From contig LSRY02000025.1 in assembly GCA_001643675.2 (NCBI GenBank), forward strand, positions 1,178,001-1,242,000: 64,000 nucleotides of DNA, written 5' to 3'. This DNA comes from Monocercomonoides exilis PA203. Lineage: Eukaryota > Protista > Preaxostyla. The notes under the pieces were generated by a model. It did not search any database, was not told where the DNA came from, and was given only the letters and a program-made list of their open reading frames with translations. The position numbers were made by a program, and so were the translations under genes. Shown here in pieces: positions 12,667-22,705 of this stretch; the stretch's first letter is position 1; every line of letters begins with the position of its first letter.

Positions 12667-12804
12667 ATGTTTTCATTGCGTTATAGAAAATATAGTTCAA
12701 GATCGGAAAGGATTGCACACATTGTGAATGATACTTTTGTCAGGCTTGTCGACGGAGTGAAATATGGTGAACTCAACAAAAAATCTTTGGAACACGCAGT
12801 AAAG

Positions 12805-12843
<39 letters not shown>

Positions 12844-14118
12844 GGTTGGTCTTTTGCAAAAGTTGGCCACACATCAATTATTTGTGGTGAAAAAGAAAAG
12901 CAATTCTTGGAAGAAGTTACAAAAGAATCTCGATCAGGGACAAGCCTCTCGTTACGAAAAGCGCGTGATCTGGTTTGCGATTGATATTTGAATTGTATAT
13001 TAATTGGTATTTAGATGGAAAATATAATTAACGATAGTGAAGAAGAAGGAGAAAAAGAAGAAAATAAGAAAAAGACTGTAACTTTAAAGACAGTTTACGC
13101 CTTCATACAGAGACATCCGGAACTGAAGTCCTCGCTGACAAAGCAAGTTGATATCAACAGACTTGCAGCATCTTGTCAGAAAATCCTAAAGCCGTGGTAT
13201 ACGGAATTACAATCATTACACGATGAAAACAAATTTCCAGAAGAATTAATCTTCAATGTTGACGAATCTTCGCTTCGAATTCCGACTTCAACACGTGGCG
13301 TTGTTGTTCATCCTTCAGATGAACAAGCTGGATTCAAAAAGACTGCCGAAAGGATGCCGAATGCCACTCTCGTTGCTGGAATCGCTGCTGATGGCTTCTC
13401 GCTTCCGTCTGTCGTGCTGTGGCCGAGCGTAACTCTTCCAAAAGAACTTACAACACTTCTAACACCTTCGCCAGACATTTGGCCATACACAAATGGCTGG
13501 ATAGATTTAATAGCATTCAAAAAATACGCCTTAACAGTTCTTCTGCCAGCTATCATTGACAGAAGAAAGCGAATTCTTAAAGAAACTCATCTTTGCCTTC
13601 TCCTGGATTCACACTCATCGCGCACAGATCCAATTGTATGAAGACAGTTCAAAGAAGCGGAAATTGACGTCATCACCTTCGTTCCACACACCACACACAT
13701 CTCACAGCCGCTGGACAGAGGCGTATTTGCAGTGTTGAATTCGGAGCTTTCAAAAAATTGCAGCTCCCCATCATCCACCTCCTCATCTGATCAAAGAACA
13801 GCTGTTGCAGATGTGTTGCTTCAACCCCTTTACACCGCATTCACCCCAGCCGTTTGCAAAAAAGCTTTGTTCATAAGCAGAATCCTCAGCAATTGTTCTG
13901 GATCTGTTCTTATGAAGCTTCTTCAGTCTTCTCAATACTTCATTCCTTCTCATTCGCATTGTTTCGACATATTCGGAAAAGAAATAACAAAGGAAAAGCT
14001 TCTCGATGAATGGGATGAATATAATGAAAAACACATGATGAAAATTGAAGAAATTGCAGAAAATGAAAAGGAAACTGAAGAAAATGTTGAAAAAGAAAAG
14101 AAAATTCGGAAAAATTAA
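12667..14118 (+). pseudogene. pogo/Fot1-like DDE_1 (DD35D) transposase pseudogene with one intron (12973-13014)
   Basis: Motifs IFNVDES, TLVAGIAADG, NGWID, LLLDSHSS, VPHTTHISQPLD. A single in-frame TGA at 13639-13641 separates ORFs 13015 and 13732, which are in the same frame. A36 run at 12807-12842. Confidence 0.88.
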
Positions 14119-14433
14119 GAATGATGACGATGAAACAAGTGATGAATTTGATTACTCAGAAATTAAAAATGAAAAAAAATTAGAGAAAATGATTTGAGTT
14201 TTAATTTTCAATACTGTATTTTTATTATTTTCATTTCAAATTTTTTATGTTTCGATAAAGAAAGAAGTGCCAATAAAAATGATGACACTATTTCAATAAA
14301 CTTGGACTCAAAAATAATTGTGCAACTTTTTATTGTGAAACAATTTGACCGAATAACTTTTCAGATGCGAAATTTAAAAATTTGACAGAATTAAAAATTT
14401 CGTTCATTTTCTCTTTCTCATTCTCTTTTTCTT

Positions 14434-14435
<2 letters not shown>

Positions 14436-14478
<43 letters not shown>

Positions 14479-14483
14479 TTTTT
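14436..14483. repeat. (CT)n microsatellite followed by poly-T
   Basis: Read directly from the sequence. Confidence 0.9.
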
Positions 14484-15181
14484 AATTTATTTATGAATTT
14501 ATTTTTTTCCGCCAGATATTTCTCAAAGAAATTGATTTATTTATCTGAAATTTGTCTGCTTCAATAAGTATGACACAAGGGAAAAAAGCATGCTTATTTG
14601 ATTTGAAAGTCTTAATTCAAAATTCATCAAATGAATTTTTCAGAATGAAGTTCATTCAAGGATTAAACACATAAACATTGAGACTGATTATAAAAAAATA
14701 ATATTATCTACCACACGAAATGCATCAGAGCAAAAATGTAAATAATTTGAATATAAAATTTCAAATGATTATTTCTTTCTATGAAAAATTACTCAAGAGA
14801 ATCTTTAACTGAAAGCGAAAAATAAATTACAAACTTACGGTTAAAAAAATTATTAGTCCAACGACAAAACGACAAAATTACCCAATAAACCAGAAATTGT
14901 TTCTAAAAAAGAATAAAAGTCACTACCACCAATAATAATAAAAACAATAAAAGAATGAAAAAACATGAACTCGATGTTTATAAGTGCTTCGCAAATATCT
15001 TTTTTCAAAAATTAACAATTACATACGTTTCAGAATAATGCAAGAATTGTGAATAAAATTAAATTTAAATTCAACATTGATAAAAACATTTCGCCATTAA
15101 TAATAAAACAATTTCAAAATCAAATATGAGTTGAAATGCAAAAATGAAATGAATTGTGATTATATTTGTAAATAAGGAAGA

Positions 15182-15965
15182 TTACTTTTCATCTCCCAGC
15201 CCAACAAAATTGTTAACATTCCCTAAAAATAAATAATTAATTCAATTAAACACATTATTACACGAACATATTAAATGATAAAACCATGAGGATCAATTTT
15301 TGTTGGCAAGTCCATTCGATACATCCAGACTCCGTCAACAATATATTTATACTCAAAGCTTTCTGCAAAATAATAAAAAAAAATTTTTTTTTTAAAGCAC
15401 ATATATTTATTGATAAGAAAAAATTGCAAACCTCTTTTTAACAATAATGTAATTTCAAAATGATCACCATGCCTTTGAAGAGGAATTGATGAGAGCCATC
15501 GATCAAAAGATCCCCTTAAATACACTTTAGTTCCTTCATGCCTCCACTCAAAGCAATGAACATAATGCGATGAAGGAATACCATCCGAATTAATTCGAAT
15601 GAGCATATGCGTAATTTCAGGATTTTCTTTTTGAATAACCCTCATTGAGTTAAAATCCAATAAAAATTCCATTTCGGTTGGTGAATCAGGACGAACATCT
15701 TTTGCATCAATTAACCTTGGATATTGTTCTATTTGAAGAGTTGGAGCAGAAGATGGGGGATTATCCTTCTGAATGAATTGAGACTCGATATAAGCGGATG
15801 TCATTGGATCAAACGCAATCTTTCCAAAAACATCATTTCAAACCGCACAATGAAAAGCACAAAATTAAATGAAGATGTTTTATGAGAGAATTTTAAAGAA
15901 ATTAAATTACACACAGCATATTCAGAACCACTTGGTTGAAGAAACCATATGATACTCAGAGACAT
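15182..15965 (-). CDS. ~185-aa protein: N-terminal WWE-like domain + AMPK-beta-type CBM48 glycogen-binding domain; exons 15965-15915, 15819-15432, 15362-15285, 15222-15182
   Basis: CBM48 motif FEWRHEGTKVYLRGSFDRW...FEYKYIVDGVW...DPHGNVNNFV is reconstituted by in-phase GT-AG introns. The N-terminus IIWFLQ..AFDPMTSAYIESQF...FLLDFNSMRVI resembles WWE. Confidence 0.8.
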
Positions 15966-16430
15966 TTGGTTTTCTGTTTATATAATTGCACTTATAGCAA
16001 TCTATAATTTGAAAAATGCAATTCACCTTTTAAAAAGATTAATAAATAAATACTTTATCAGGATCAATACGATCGTCTCACCCACATTTAGTTATTTTAA
16101 AATGATAATTCAATTTTCCACCTCAACGAACAAACATGCAAAGAATTATTTATTGTTTTATTTTTTGCTATTAAAAATTACTTAGGACATGCTAAAATAA
16201 TTTACGGATCTGGGCCGAGAAATTTAAAGAATAGTTCTTTTGTGTTGAAATTCTTTCTTTTGTAATAAGCACATTAACATGAAAAGCAAAAAGTCCTATA
16301 AAATTGTAATACTGTGTAAGGCATTGAATTAAAAGAATAAAAGTGAAATAAATTGTGAGATGGATGATATGCAATGGCTGATATGAGAAAGAATATTGAA
16401 ATGAGTGAAGTGAAACGAAAATGAAACCAT

Positions 16431-19400
16431 TTACCAACGTTGGCGAGCGGATCTGAACGCAGAACGAAGAGGTGATTTTGTTCCTTGAATGGATTCAAAA
16501 TAAGGAGCACCTTGAATGTGCGCACTTTTGCGTGAAGGAGATGATGGGCGGGCGGATGAGTTAGATGCTCGACTTCTGGATTGAGGCCTCTGCCTGCCAT
16601 AAGAATTCGAATGAGATGACGAAATGGAATCTCTTTCCCTTTGATGAGATTTTCGAGATCCATTTTGCCGATAAGCCCTCTCACTCGTATCTTCGTCCTT
16701 TCGTTTAATCGCCCAATCCTGATCAGATATGTCATTTTCCTCCCATCCGCTGAAGGATTCTCGTTGTCCAACGCCAGCTCCCTTGCTTAGCCTTCCTTTT
16801 GAATACGATCGAGCTTTTCGAGTCATTCCATGATCTTCATCATTTTTCTCATCCCAAGATCCACTATTTGATCTTGGCTCTTTTTTCTCTCTGAATTCAA
16901 CATCTTCTATTTTTTCTTCATCTTCACTGCTTCCTCTGCCATCTTCCCAACCGTTCTCATCTTCGTCCTCCTCTTCTTGTCTCCTGCCGTTCTTTTCTAC
17001 ACTTCCTTCTTCTGCCATTTGAGAGGAACGATGAATTTGAGACGACTGCGAAATAGCACCGCTGGCGGAGGCTGGCCTTGTTTTGCGAGGGAGATTGTCA
17101 TTTGATGAATATCTTTCTCGTTCTGCGTCGTTCGCTTTGGACGAATGAGGAGCAGGAGCAGATGACCTGTCATATGGATACGACGAGGCAGGCCTCTGCC
17201 TCACATGACTCTGAGCAGCATTCGAAGTGAATGACCGCTCGCTCACCCGACTTACTCTCTCTCGCTCTGGCTGCTGTGCTCTGCTGCTTCTTCTTCCCTC
17301 TTCAGAATATTCTCTGCTGCCTCTTTGAGACGCCCTCCTTGCAGATTGTGCCCTGTCTGTTCTGATCGTCGTCTGTCTGTCTGCCTTCACTTGTCTCACA
17401 TCTCTTTCTCTGGGCGTGCTAAGCTCCTTCTCATCACTCCTGCCAGCATGCCCTTCAGCAGTTTCTCTGAAGTTCCACGGCTCCTCATCTTCTTCATTTA
17501 TCACAGAGTTGTATGTCTTTCCCGTTTTCATTTCATTTCTACGAAGCTCTCCTCTTTCGCTTCTTTTGAATTCTTCGCTTTCTGATCGGTGTCTGCCCAT
17601 CCGCCTCCGATCTCCATCGTAGTCATCGTCATAATATGCTCCATCTCTTCTCTCTGTGTATTCTTCTTCATAGGCATCCTCCTCGTTCCTTCCATTCTTC
17701 ATCTTCCATCTGCGCATCGCGATCCTTCTTCCCTTCTTCTTCCCTTTCTTTCCCTCTCGCCCTGCTGATTGCATCGGCTGGAATTGTGCAAGAAGCGCAT
17801 TTTCTTGTCTTCTTGCCAACTCCTTTCGCCTTCTGATCAGCTCAACCTCTTCTGCTGTCAGCTCGTCCCGCATGTTCTTCAGAATAGCCCTCCTCACATT
17901 CTCTGAGTCAACCACTGGGCAGTCATCTGTCAAAAGGGGGTTGTATGGCTTCAGCGGCCTTTCATACGCAGGAGTCACCCGATTGTACCACCCCCTCTCA
18001 AGCCGCTCAAGTCTCTCTTTCTCTTTTATCTTCTGTTTGGCTGCAGACATCGGCCGGCTGCGCTGGGAAGACGCTGTCTTTGTGCTGGCAGCAGAAGCAG
18101 GTCGTCTTTTTGAGGAAGAAGCAGACGAAGGCGATGGGAATGGCCTCACTTGCGGCGGATGCTGCTGCTTGAATATTCCTCTGCGTGCTCTCTCTCTCTC
18201 TGCCTGCTGCTGCTGCACAACATAAGGTGCCAATGAGCGTGCTGTCTGCGCAGTGCCTGGTCTCATCGCAGATGTTGGGCGATACGAGCGAGACGCAACC
18301 GACGTGGATGAGCTGGGGCGTGCTGTGGTGTGTGCAGAGGCAGATGTGAATGGCCTCTCAGCAGAGCGGCGATAACTCGACGAAGGCTCACCAACTCTGT
18401 CGAATGCGTTTTCTTCGCCATCGTCGATGTCCTCCTCCACAAGATCGTCGTATTCTTCATCGTCTTCTTCTTCTTCTCTCTGTCTGCGCGCTGCCACTTC
18501 ACTCGTCGGACGCAGAGGAGGCAGCGGAGTTGTGTCTATTCTCCTGTTCTGTGCTGCCTCTTCCCTCTTCCTTCTCTCCTGCTCTGCCTGCTGCTGCCTC
18601 CTCTCTTCCTCTTCCATCTCTCTCTCTTTCCTCTCTCTCTCTTCTCTCTCCTGCATCATTTGCTGCTCTTTCAGCGGTTTGAGTTCTTCCTGTGCATTAG
18701 AGGCGTTGAATGGAAATTCTCTTGATTTGCATTTGTCTTCATCTCCATTCTTTGTTGAACGAGCACTTTTTCTGCCTCTTTCCTTCTCTTCTCTCTCTTC
18801 CAGCTGCTCCAGCTCTGTCTCCAGCTCCATCTGCCTCCTCTTTGCCTTCTCTCTCAAACTCATCAACTTCAACTCCAACTCCTGCTGCTCTGCTCTCCTC
18901 TGCCTTTCTGCCTCAGCCTCCTCTTCTTCTGCCTGCTGGTTGTATTCTGCCCCAAAATTGACAAATCCAAGCGAATTCAGAAGAACATCTTCGTCTTCAT
19001 TCGCTTCCCCTTTCCCATCAGAAACAGACGACGAGGAAGAAGCAGATGAGAATGCTGGTTCTTCCTCATATTTGTGAATGTCTTCATCAGAAGGTGCTTC
19101 ATCTTCATCTTTTTGCAATCCATTTTCCATTTCTTCCTCTTCATACACACTTTCTTTCTCAAAGTTGCTGTCAAATTCAAATTCTCTTGTTTTGACATCA
19201 TCCTGCCCTTGTTCATCTCCTTCTTCATTGGATGCACCATTTTCTTCTTCCACTTTATCTTCAATCAAACCTTCTTCAGTTTCTTCTTCAAATACTCCTC
19301 CTGCTTCTTCTCCTTTAACTTCTTCAACTTCTCCTTCTTCCCTTTCTTCTTCTTCTCCTTCTTCAGGAAATCCTTCTTCACTATACCCTTCTTCCCCTCT

Positions 19401-22166
19401 TCCTTCTTCTCCTTCTTCCATTCCTCCTTCTTCTCCTCCTTCTTGAGCATCTTCTTGTTCTGCTCCTGTTCCATTTGCTTCTTGTGTCATCTCTTCCTCT
19501 TCTTCTGCTTGTTCTTCCTTTTCTTCTCCTTCCGCGTTGCCTTCGTCAATTTCATTCAAATACTCATCTCCTTCTGAATCTTCCTTCATTTCCCCTTCAA
19601 ACGATCTTTCAACAGCTTCTCCTGCTTCTTCTTCTGGCTCATGTTCTGCTTCTTCATTTTGCGTCTGCTCATTTTCATTCACTTCTTCAGCAGCTCCTCC
19701 ACCTTCTCCTGCTTCTGCTTCATCAACTGCCTCTTCTTGTGCCATTGCATCTCCTTCTTGCTCCTCATCTTTATGCTCTTCTCCTTCCCCTTCCCCTTCT
19801 TCTTCTTTTTCTCCTTCTCCTTCTCCTTCTCCTTCTCCTTCTCCTTCTTCTCCTTCATAATCGCCATAATCTCCTCCTTCTTCGTCCTGTTGCAATGCTT
19901 CTTCTTCTCCTTCTCCTTCATTTTCATGTTCTTCCTCTGTCTTTTCCTCTTCACTTGCAACATCTTCCTCTTCAGCAGTCTCTGCTGGCTGTTCATCTTC
20001 TTTCTCTTCTTCTCCTCCTTCATCAACATGCTCATCACTGTATCCAAACACATCCATCCCTTCTTCTTCTTCTTCTTCTTCTTCTTCTTCTTCTTTACCT
20101 TCGTCTTCTTCTTTTCCCTCTTCTTTTCCTTCTTCTTCTGTTGTTGCTTCACCTGCTTCCTCTTCAGCACCTTCTGCCGTTTCTTCTGTTCCATTAAACT
20201 CAAACTCTCTTGTGATAACATTATCCTCTGGCTCTTCATCAACATCTTTTGTATTCTCTTCTTCTTCTCCTTTTTCTTCTTCTCCTTCAACATTCTCCTG
20301 TTCATTTCCTTCTTCATTCTCAACAGCTTCCTCAGCTTCATTTTGCTCTGCTTCTGACAAGTGCTCATCCAAAGGCTGCTCAAAACCATCCATTTCATCC
20401 TCTTTCTCTTCCTCCTCCTCTTCTTTCAGTTCTTTCAGTTCTTCTCCTTCTCCTTCTCCTTCACCTCCTTCTCCTTCACCTTTAACTTCTTCATGAGCAT
20501 CTGTTTCTTCAACTTCTTCTTCAAACTGTTGCTCTTCCCCTTCATTCGCTTTTTCATTTGTCTCTTCGTTTCCCTCCTCTTCATTCTTCTCAAATGAGAA
20601 CTCTCTCGTTTTAATCTCTCCTTCCTCCTGAAGATCTTCTTGCTCTTCTTCTTTTCTTATTTCTTCTCCACCTTCTTCTCCTGCTTCTCCTCCTCTCTCT
20701 TCTTCTGCTACTTCTTCTTCTATCTCTCCTTCTGCCCCTCCGTCTTCCTCTTTTGCCTCTTCTTCTGGTAAATTCTCCTCTTCCATTGCTTTCTCTTCTT
20801 CTTCTGGTTGCTCTTCATCAAGTTGAACGTGTTCTTCTGGTTGCTCTTCTCCTTCTTGCAATCCATCTGCTTCAAATGGATCCTCCTCTGGCATCAATTC
20901 TTCTCCTTCTTGTTCATTCTCCTTCTCTTCTGGTTGCTCTTCTTCTCCTTCTGCCACTTCCTCTTCTGCGACCTCCTCATCCACAACCTCCTCTTCTTCT
21001 GCTTTTCCTTCTCCTTCTCCTCCCTCTTCTTCTCCTCCTCTTTCTCCCTCTTCTTCTTTCACTTCTTTTTGAGTATTATCATGTTCCCCGTCTTCTTCCT
21101 GCTCTTCCTCAAATTGTTCCTCAAATGGCTGAACATCCTCCTCAACATGCTCTTCTTCCTCACCCACTTCTTTCAGATCTTCATTTACAGTATGCTCTTC
21201 TCCTTCTCCTTCTCCTTCGACATTCTCCTCTTCAAAATGATTCTCTTCATCTGCTGCTTCTTCCTCATCTTTTATCTCCTCCTCCTCCTCCTCTTTAACT
21301 TCTTCATGCAAATCTTCACCTTCTAATGGTGGCTCTTCATCTGCATGCTCTTCATTTGTTTCATCACATCCTTGATCAAAAGAAAAATCTCGTGCTTTAA
21401 TTTCTTCTTCTCCTCCTCCTCCTTCTTGTGCAACTTCTTGTGTTGCTTCTCCTTCTTCAAAAGATTTTTCTGCTTCATTATTCATATTTTCAGCCTCCGA
21501 TGAGCCGTAATCATGCTCATAAATATCATCTTCTGCTCCTTGAATAGATTCTTGAATTTGCTCTCCTTCATTTTGGTTTTCTTCACCCTCTTGCTGTTCC
21601 ACGTCAATTTGTTCAATCTCACCAGGTTGCTCACCCCCCGTATTTTCATCAAACATAGCATCCTCACCACCTTGAACTTCATGGCCATTTTCTATTCTTT
21701 CTTCTTCTTCTTCAAATTGCTCATTTTCTGCAGTGTTCTCATTTTCAAAAAAATTATTCTCGTTATGTTCATCTTCTTCCACATGCATCTCATTATCTTC
21801 ATCGAGGAAATTGGAACGAGACAAGGCAAATGGGTCTGCCTGAATTTCATCGGCGGCGCTTTCATTTTCTGGTTGCATTTCCAGCATCTCTCCAGTTTGT
21901 TCAAATTCTTGAATATTATCTTGTTGAGGCTGTTCAGAGATTTGATATTCATTTCCACCACCAAACAGATTTCCATCATCATTTTCATCCTGTAGTTCAT
22001 CTTCATGATGTGATTGCTCATATTGAATGTCTTCCAGATCAAGATCTTCATTTTCGAAATTTTCACTATTATTAAATGTTTGTGTCAAATTGTCTTCCTC
22101 ATGTTCAGTTTGTAAAAAATCATCAGGGTTGTCCATCGAAGAATCATTATCCGCAAATTGAGTCAT
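16431..22166 (-). CDS. ~1911-aa intronless, largely disordered protein: Glu-rich N-terminal two thirds, coiled segment, Arg/Ser-rich tail with RPxS/T motifs (candidate cytoskeletal/flagellar protein)
   Basis: Single long ORF with first ATG at 22166. Function is inferred from composition only. Confidence 0.8.
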   Translation of the reverse strand: MTQFADNDSSMDNPDDFLQTEHEEDNLTQTFNNSENFENEDLDLEDIQYEQSHHEDELQDENDDGNLFGGGNEYQISEQPQQDNIQEFEQTGEMLEMQPENESAADEIQADPFALSRSNFLDEDNEMHVEEDEHNENNFFENENTAENEQFEEEEERIENGHEVQGGEDAMFDENTGGEQPGEIEQIDVEQQEGEENQNEGEQIQESIQGAEDDIYEHDYGSSEAENMNNEAEKSFEEGEATQEVAQEGGGGEEEIKARDFSFDQGCDETNEEHADEEPPLEGEDLHEEVKEEEEEEIKDEEEAADEENHFEEENVEGEGEGEEHTVNEDLKEVGEEEEHVEEDVQPFEEQFEEEQEEDGEHDNTQKEVKEEEGERGGEEEGGEGEGKAEEEEVVDEEVAEEEVAEGEEEQPEEKENEQEGEELMPEEDPFEADGLQEGEEQPEEHVQLDEEQPEEEEKAMEEENLPEEEAKEEDGGAEGEIEEEVAEEERGGEAGEEGGEEIRKEEEQEDLQEEGEIKTREFSFEKNEEEGNEETNEKANEGEEQQFEEEVEETDAHEEVKGEGEGGEGEGEGEELKELKEEEEEEKEDEMDGFEQPLDEHLSEAEQNEAEEAVENEEGNEQENVEGEEEKGEEEENTKDVDEEPEDNVITREFEFNGTEETAEGAEEEAGEATTEEEGKEEGKEEDEGKEEEEEEEEEEEGMDVFGYSDEHVDEGGEEEKEDEQPAETAEEEDVASEEEKTEEEHENEGEGEEEALQQDEEGGDYGDYEGEEGEGEGEGEGEGEKEEEGEGEGEEHKDEEQEGDAMAQEEAVDEAEAGEGGGAAEEVNENEQTQNEEAEHEPEEEAGEAVERSFEGEMKEDSEGDEYLNEIDEGNAEGEEKEEQAEEEEEMTQEANGTGAEQEDAQEGGEEGGMEEGEEGRGEEGYSEEGFPEEGEEEEREEGEVEEVKGEEAGGVFEEETEEGLIEDKVEEENGASNEEGDEQGQDDVKTREFEFDSNFEKESVYEEEEMENGLQKDEDEAPSDEDIHKYEEEPAFSSASSSSSVSDGKGEANEDEDVLLNSLGFVNFGAEYNQQAEEEEAEAERQRRAEQQELELKLMSLREKAKRRQMELETELEQLEEREEKERGRKSARSTKNGDEDKCKSREFPFNASNAQEELKPLKEQQMMQEREERERKEREMEEEERRQQQAEQERRKREEAAQNRRIDTTPLPPLRPTSEVAARRQREEEEDDEEYDDLVEEDIDDGEENAFDRVGEPSSSYRRSAERPFTSASAHTTARPSSSTSVASRSYRPTSAMRPGTAQTARSLAPYVVQQQQAERERARRGIFKQQHPPQVRPFPSPSSASSSKRRPASAASTKTASSQRSRPMSAAKQKIKEKERLERLERGWYNRVTPAYERPLKPYNPLLTDDCPVVDSENVRRAILKNMRDELTAEEVELIRRRKELARRQENALLAQFQPMQSAGREGKKGKKKGRRIAMRRWKMKNGRNEEDAYEEEYTERRDGAYYDDDYDGDRRRMGRHRSESEEFKRSERGELRRNEMKTGKTYNSVINEEDEEPWNFRETAEGHAGRSDEKELSTPRERDVRQVKADRQTTIRTDRAQSARRASQRGSREYSEEGRRSSRAQQPERERVSRVSERSFTSNAAQSHVRQRPASSYPYDRSSAPAPHSSKANDAERERYSSNDNLPRKTRPASASGAISQSSQIHRSSQMAEEGSVEKNGRRQEEEDEDENGWEDGRGSSEDEEKIEDVEFREKKEPRSNSGSWDEKNDEDHGMTRKARSYSKGRLSKGAGVGQRESFSGWEENDISDQDWAIKRKDEDTSERAYRQNGSRKSHQRERDSISSSHSNSYGRQRPQSRSRASNSSARPSSPSRKSAHIQGAPYFESIQGTKSPLRSAFRSARQRW

Positions 22167-22705
22167 TCCACTTAAAATGCGAAATAATTCTTCTTGCACT
22201 CTAATGTAACGAATAATGGGACAATTCAACAGATTATTCCGAATGAGTGAAAAAAGTCCCAAAAAGAATAATAAATAATATATTGAATGACACAGTATTT
22301 TCTAACATTATTTTTTCTTGACATATGAAAGGATAAAGTTATTTTTTCGAATAGAGACAAAACATGAAATAAACCAAAAGAACATTATGAAGAAAACATC
22401 AAACATTGATCAGATGATAATATTCCAATCATTTGATTTTTTTTTTTCCAAACTCAAAAATATTCTGTCAATTTATTTAATATGGTTCATAGTCAGTTTA
22501 GGATTTATTCAAACTCTGTTTGAAATCTGCTGGTTTGTTCGTTTGATTTTTTCATTTGATTGAAATTGATTTCATAATAATAAAATATATATTTTGTTGG
22601 ATGCGGGAATGCGCTGTTTCATGTGATCATTTTACAATTCCGTTTTTGGTCCATTTCAATTTTTGATTTTTTCAATTTCACTGCATGTAGTTGAGGAATT
22701 TGCAG

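Noticed and set aside
13639-13641. TGA as selenocysteine or programmed readthrough
   Set aside because: It is most simply a TGG-to-TGA mutation in a transposase, and no SECIS-like structure was recognised.
15182-15965. Calling the CBM48 gene AMPK beta subunit
   Set aside because: The protein ends right after CBM48 and lacks the C-terminal alpha/gamma-binding domain.
17325-22075. Leu/Phe/Ser-rich plus-strand ORFs that look like membrane proteins
   Set aside because: Antisense translation of GAA-rich Glu codons.
22167-22262. TTG-initiated N-terminal extension of the Glu-rich ORF
   Set aside because: Eukaryotic gene; the first ATG is at 22166 and the upstream sequence is UTR-like.
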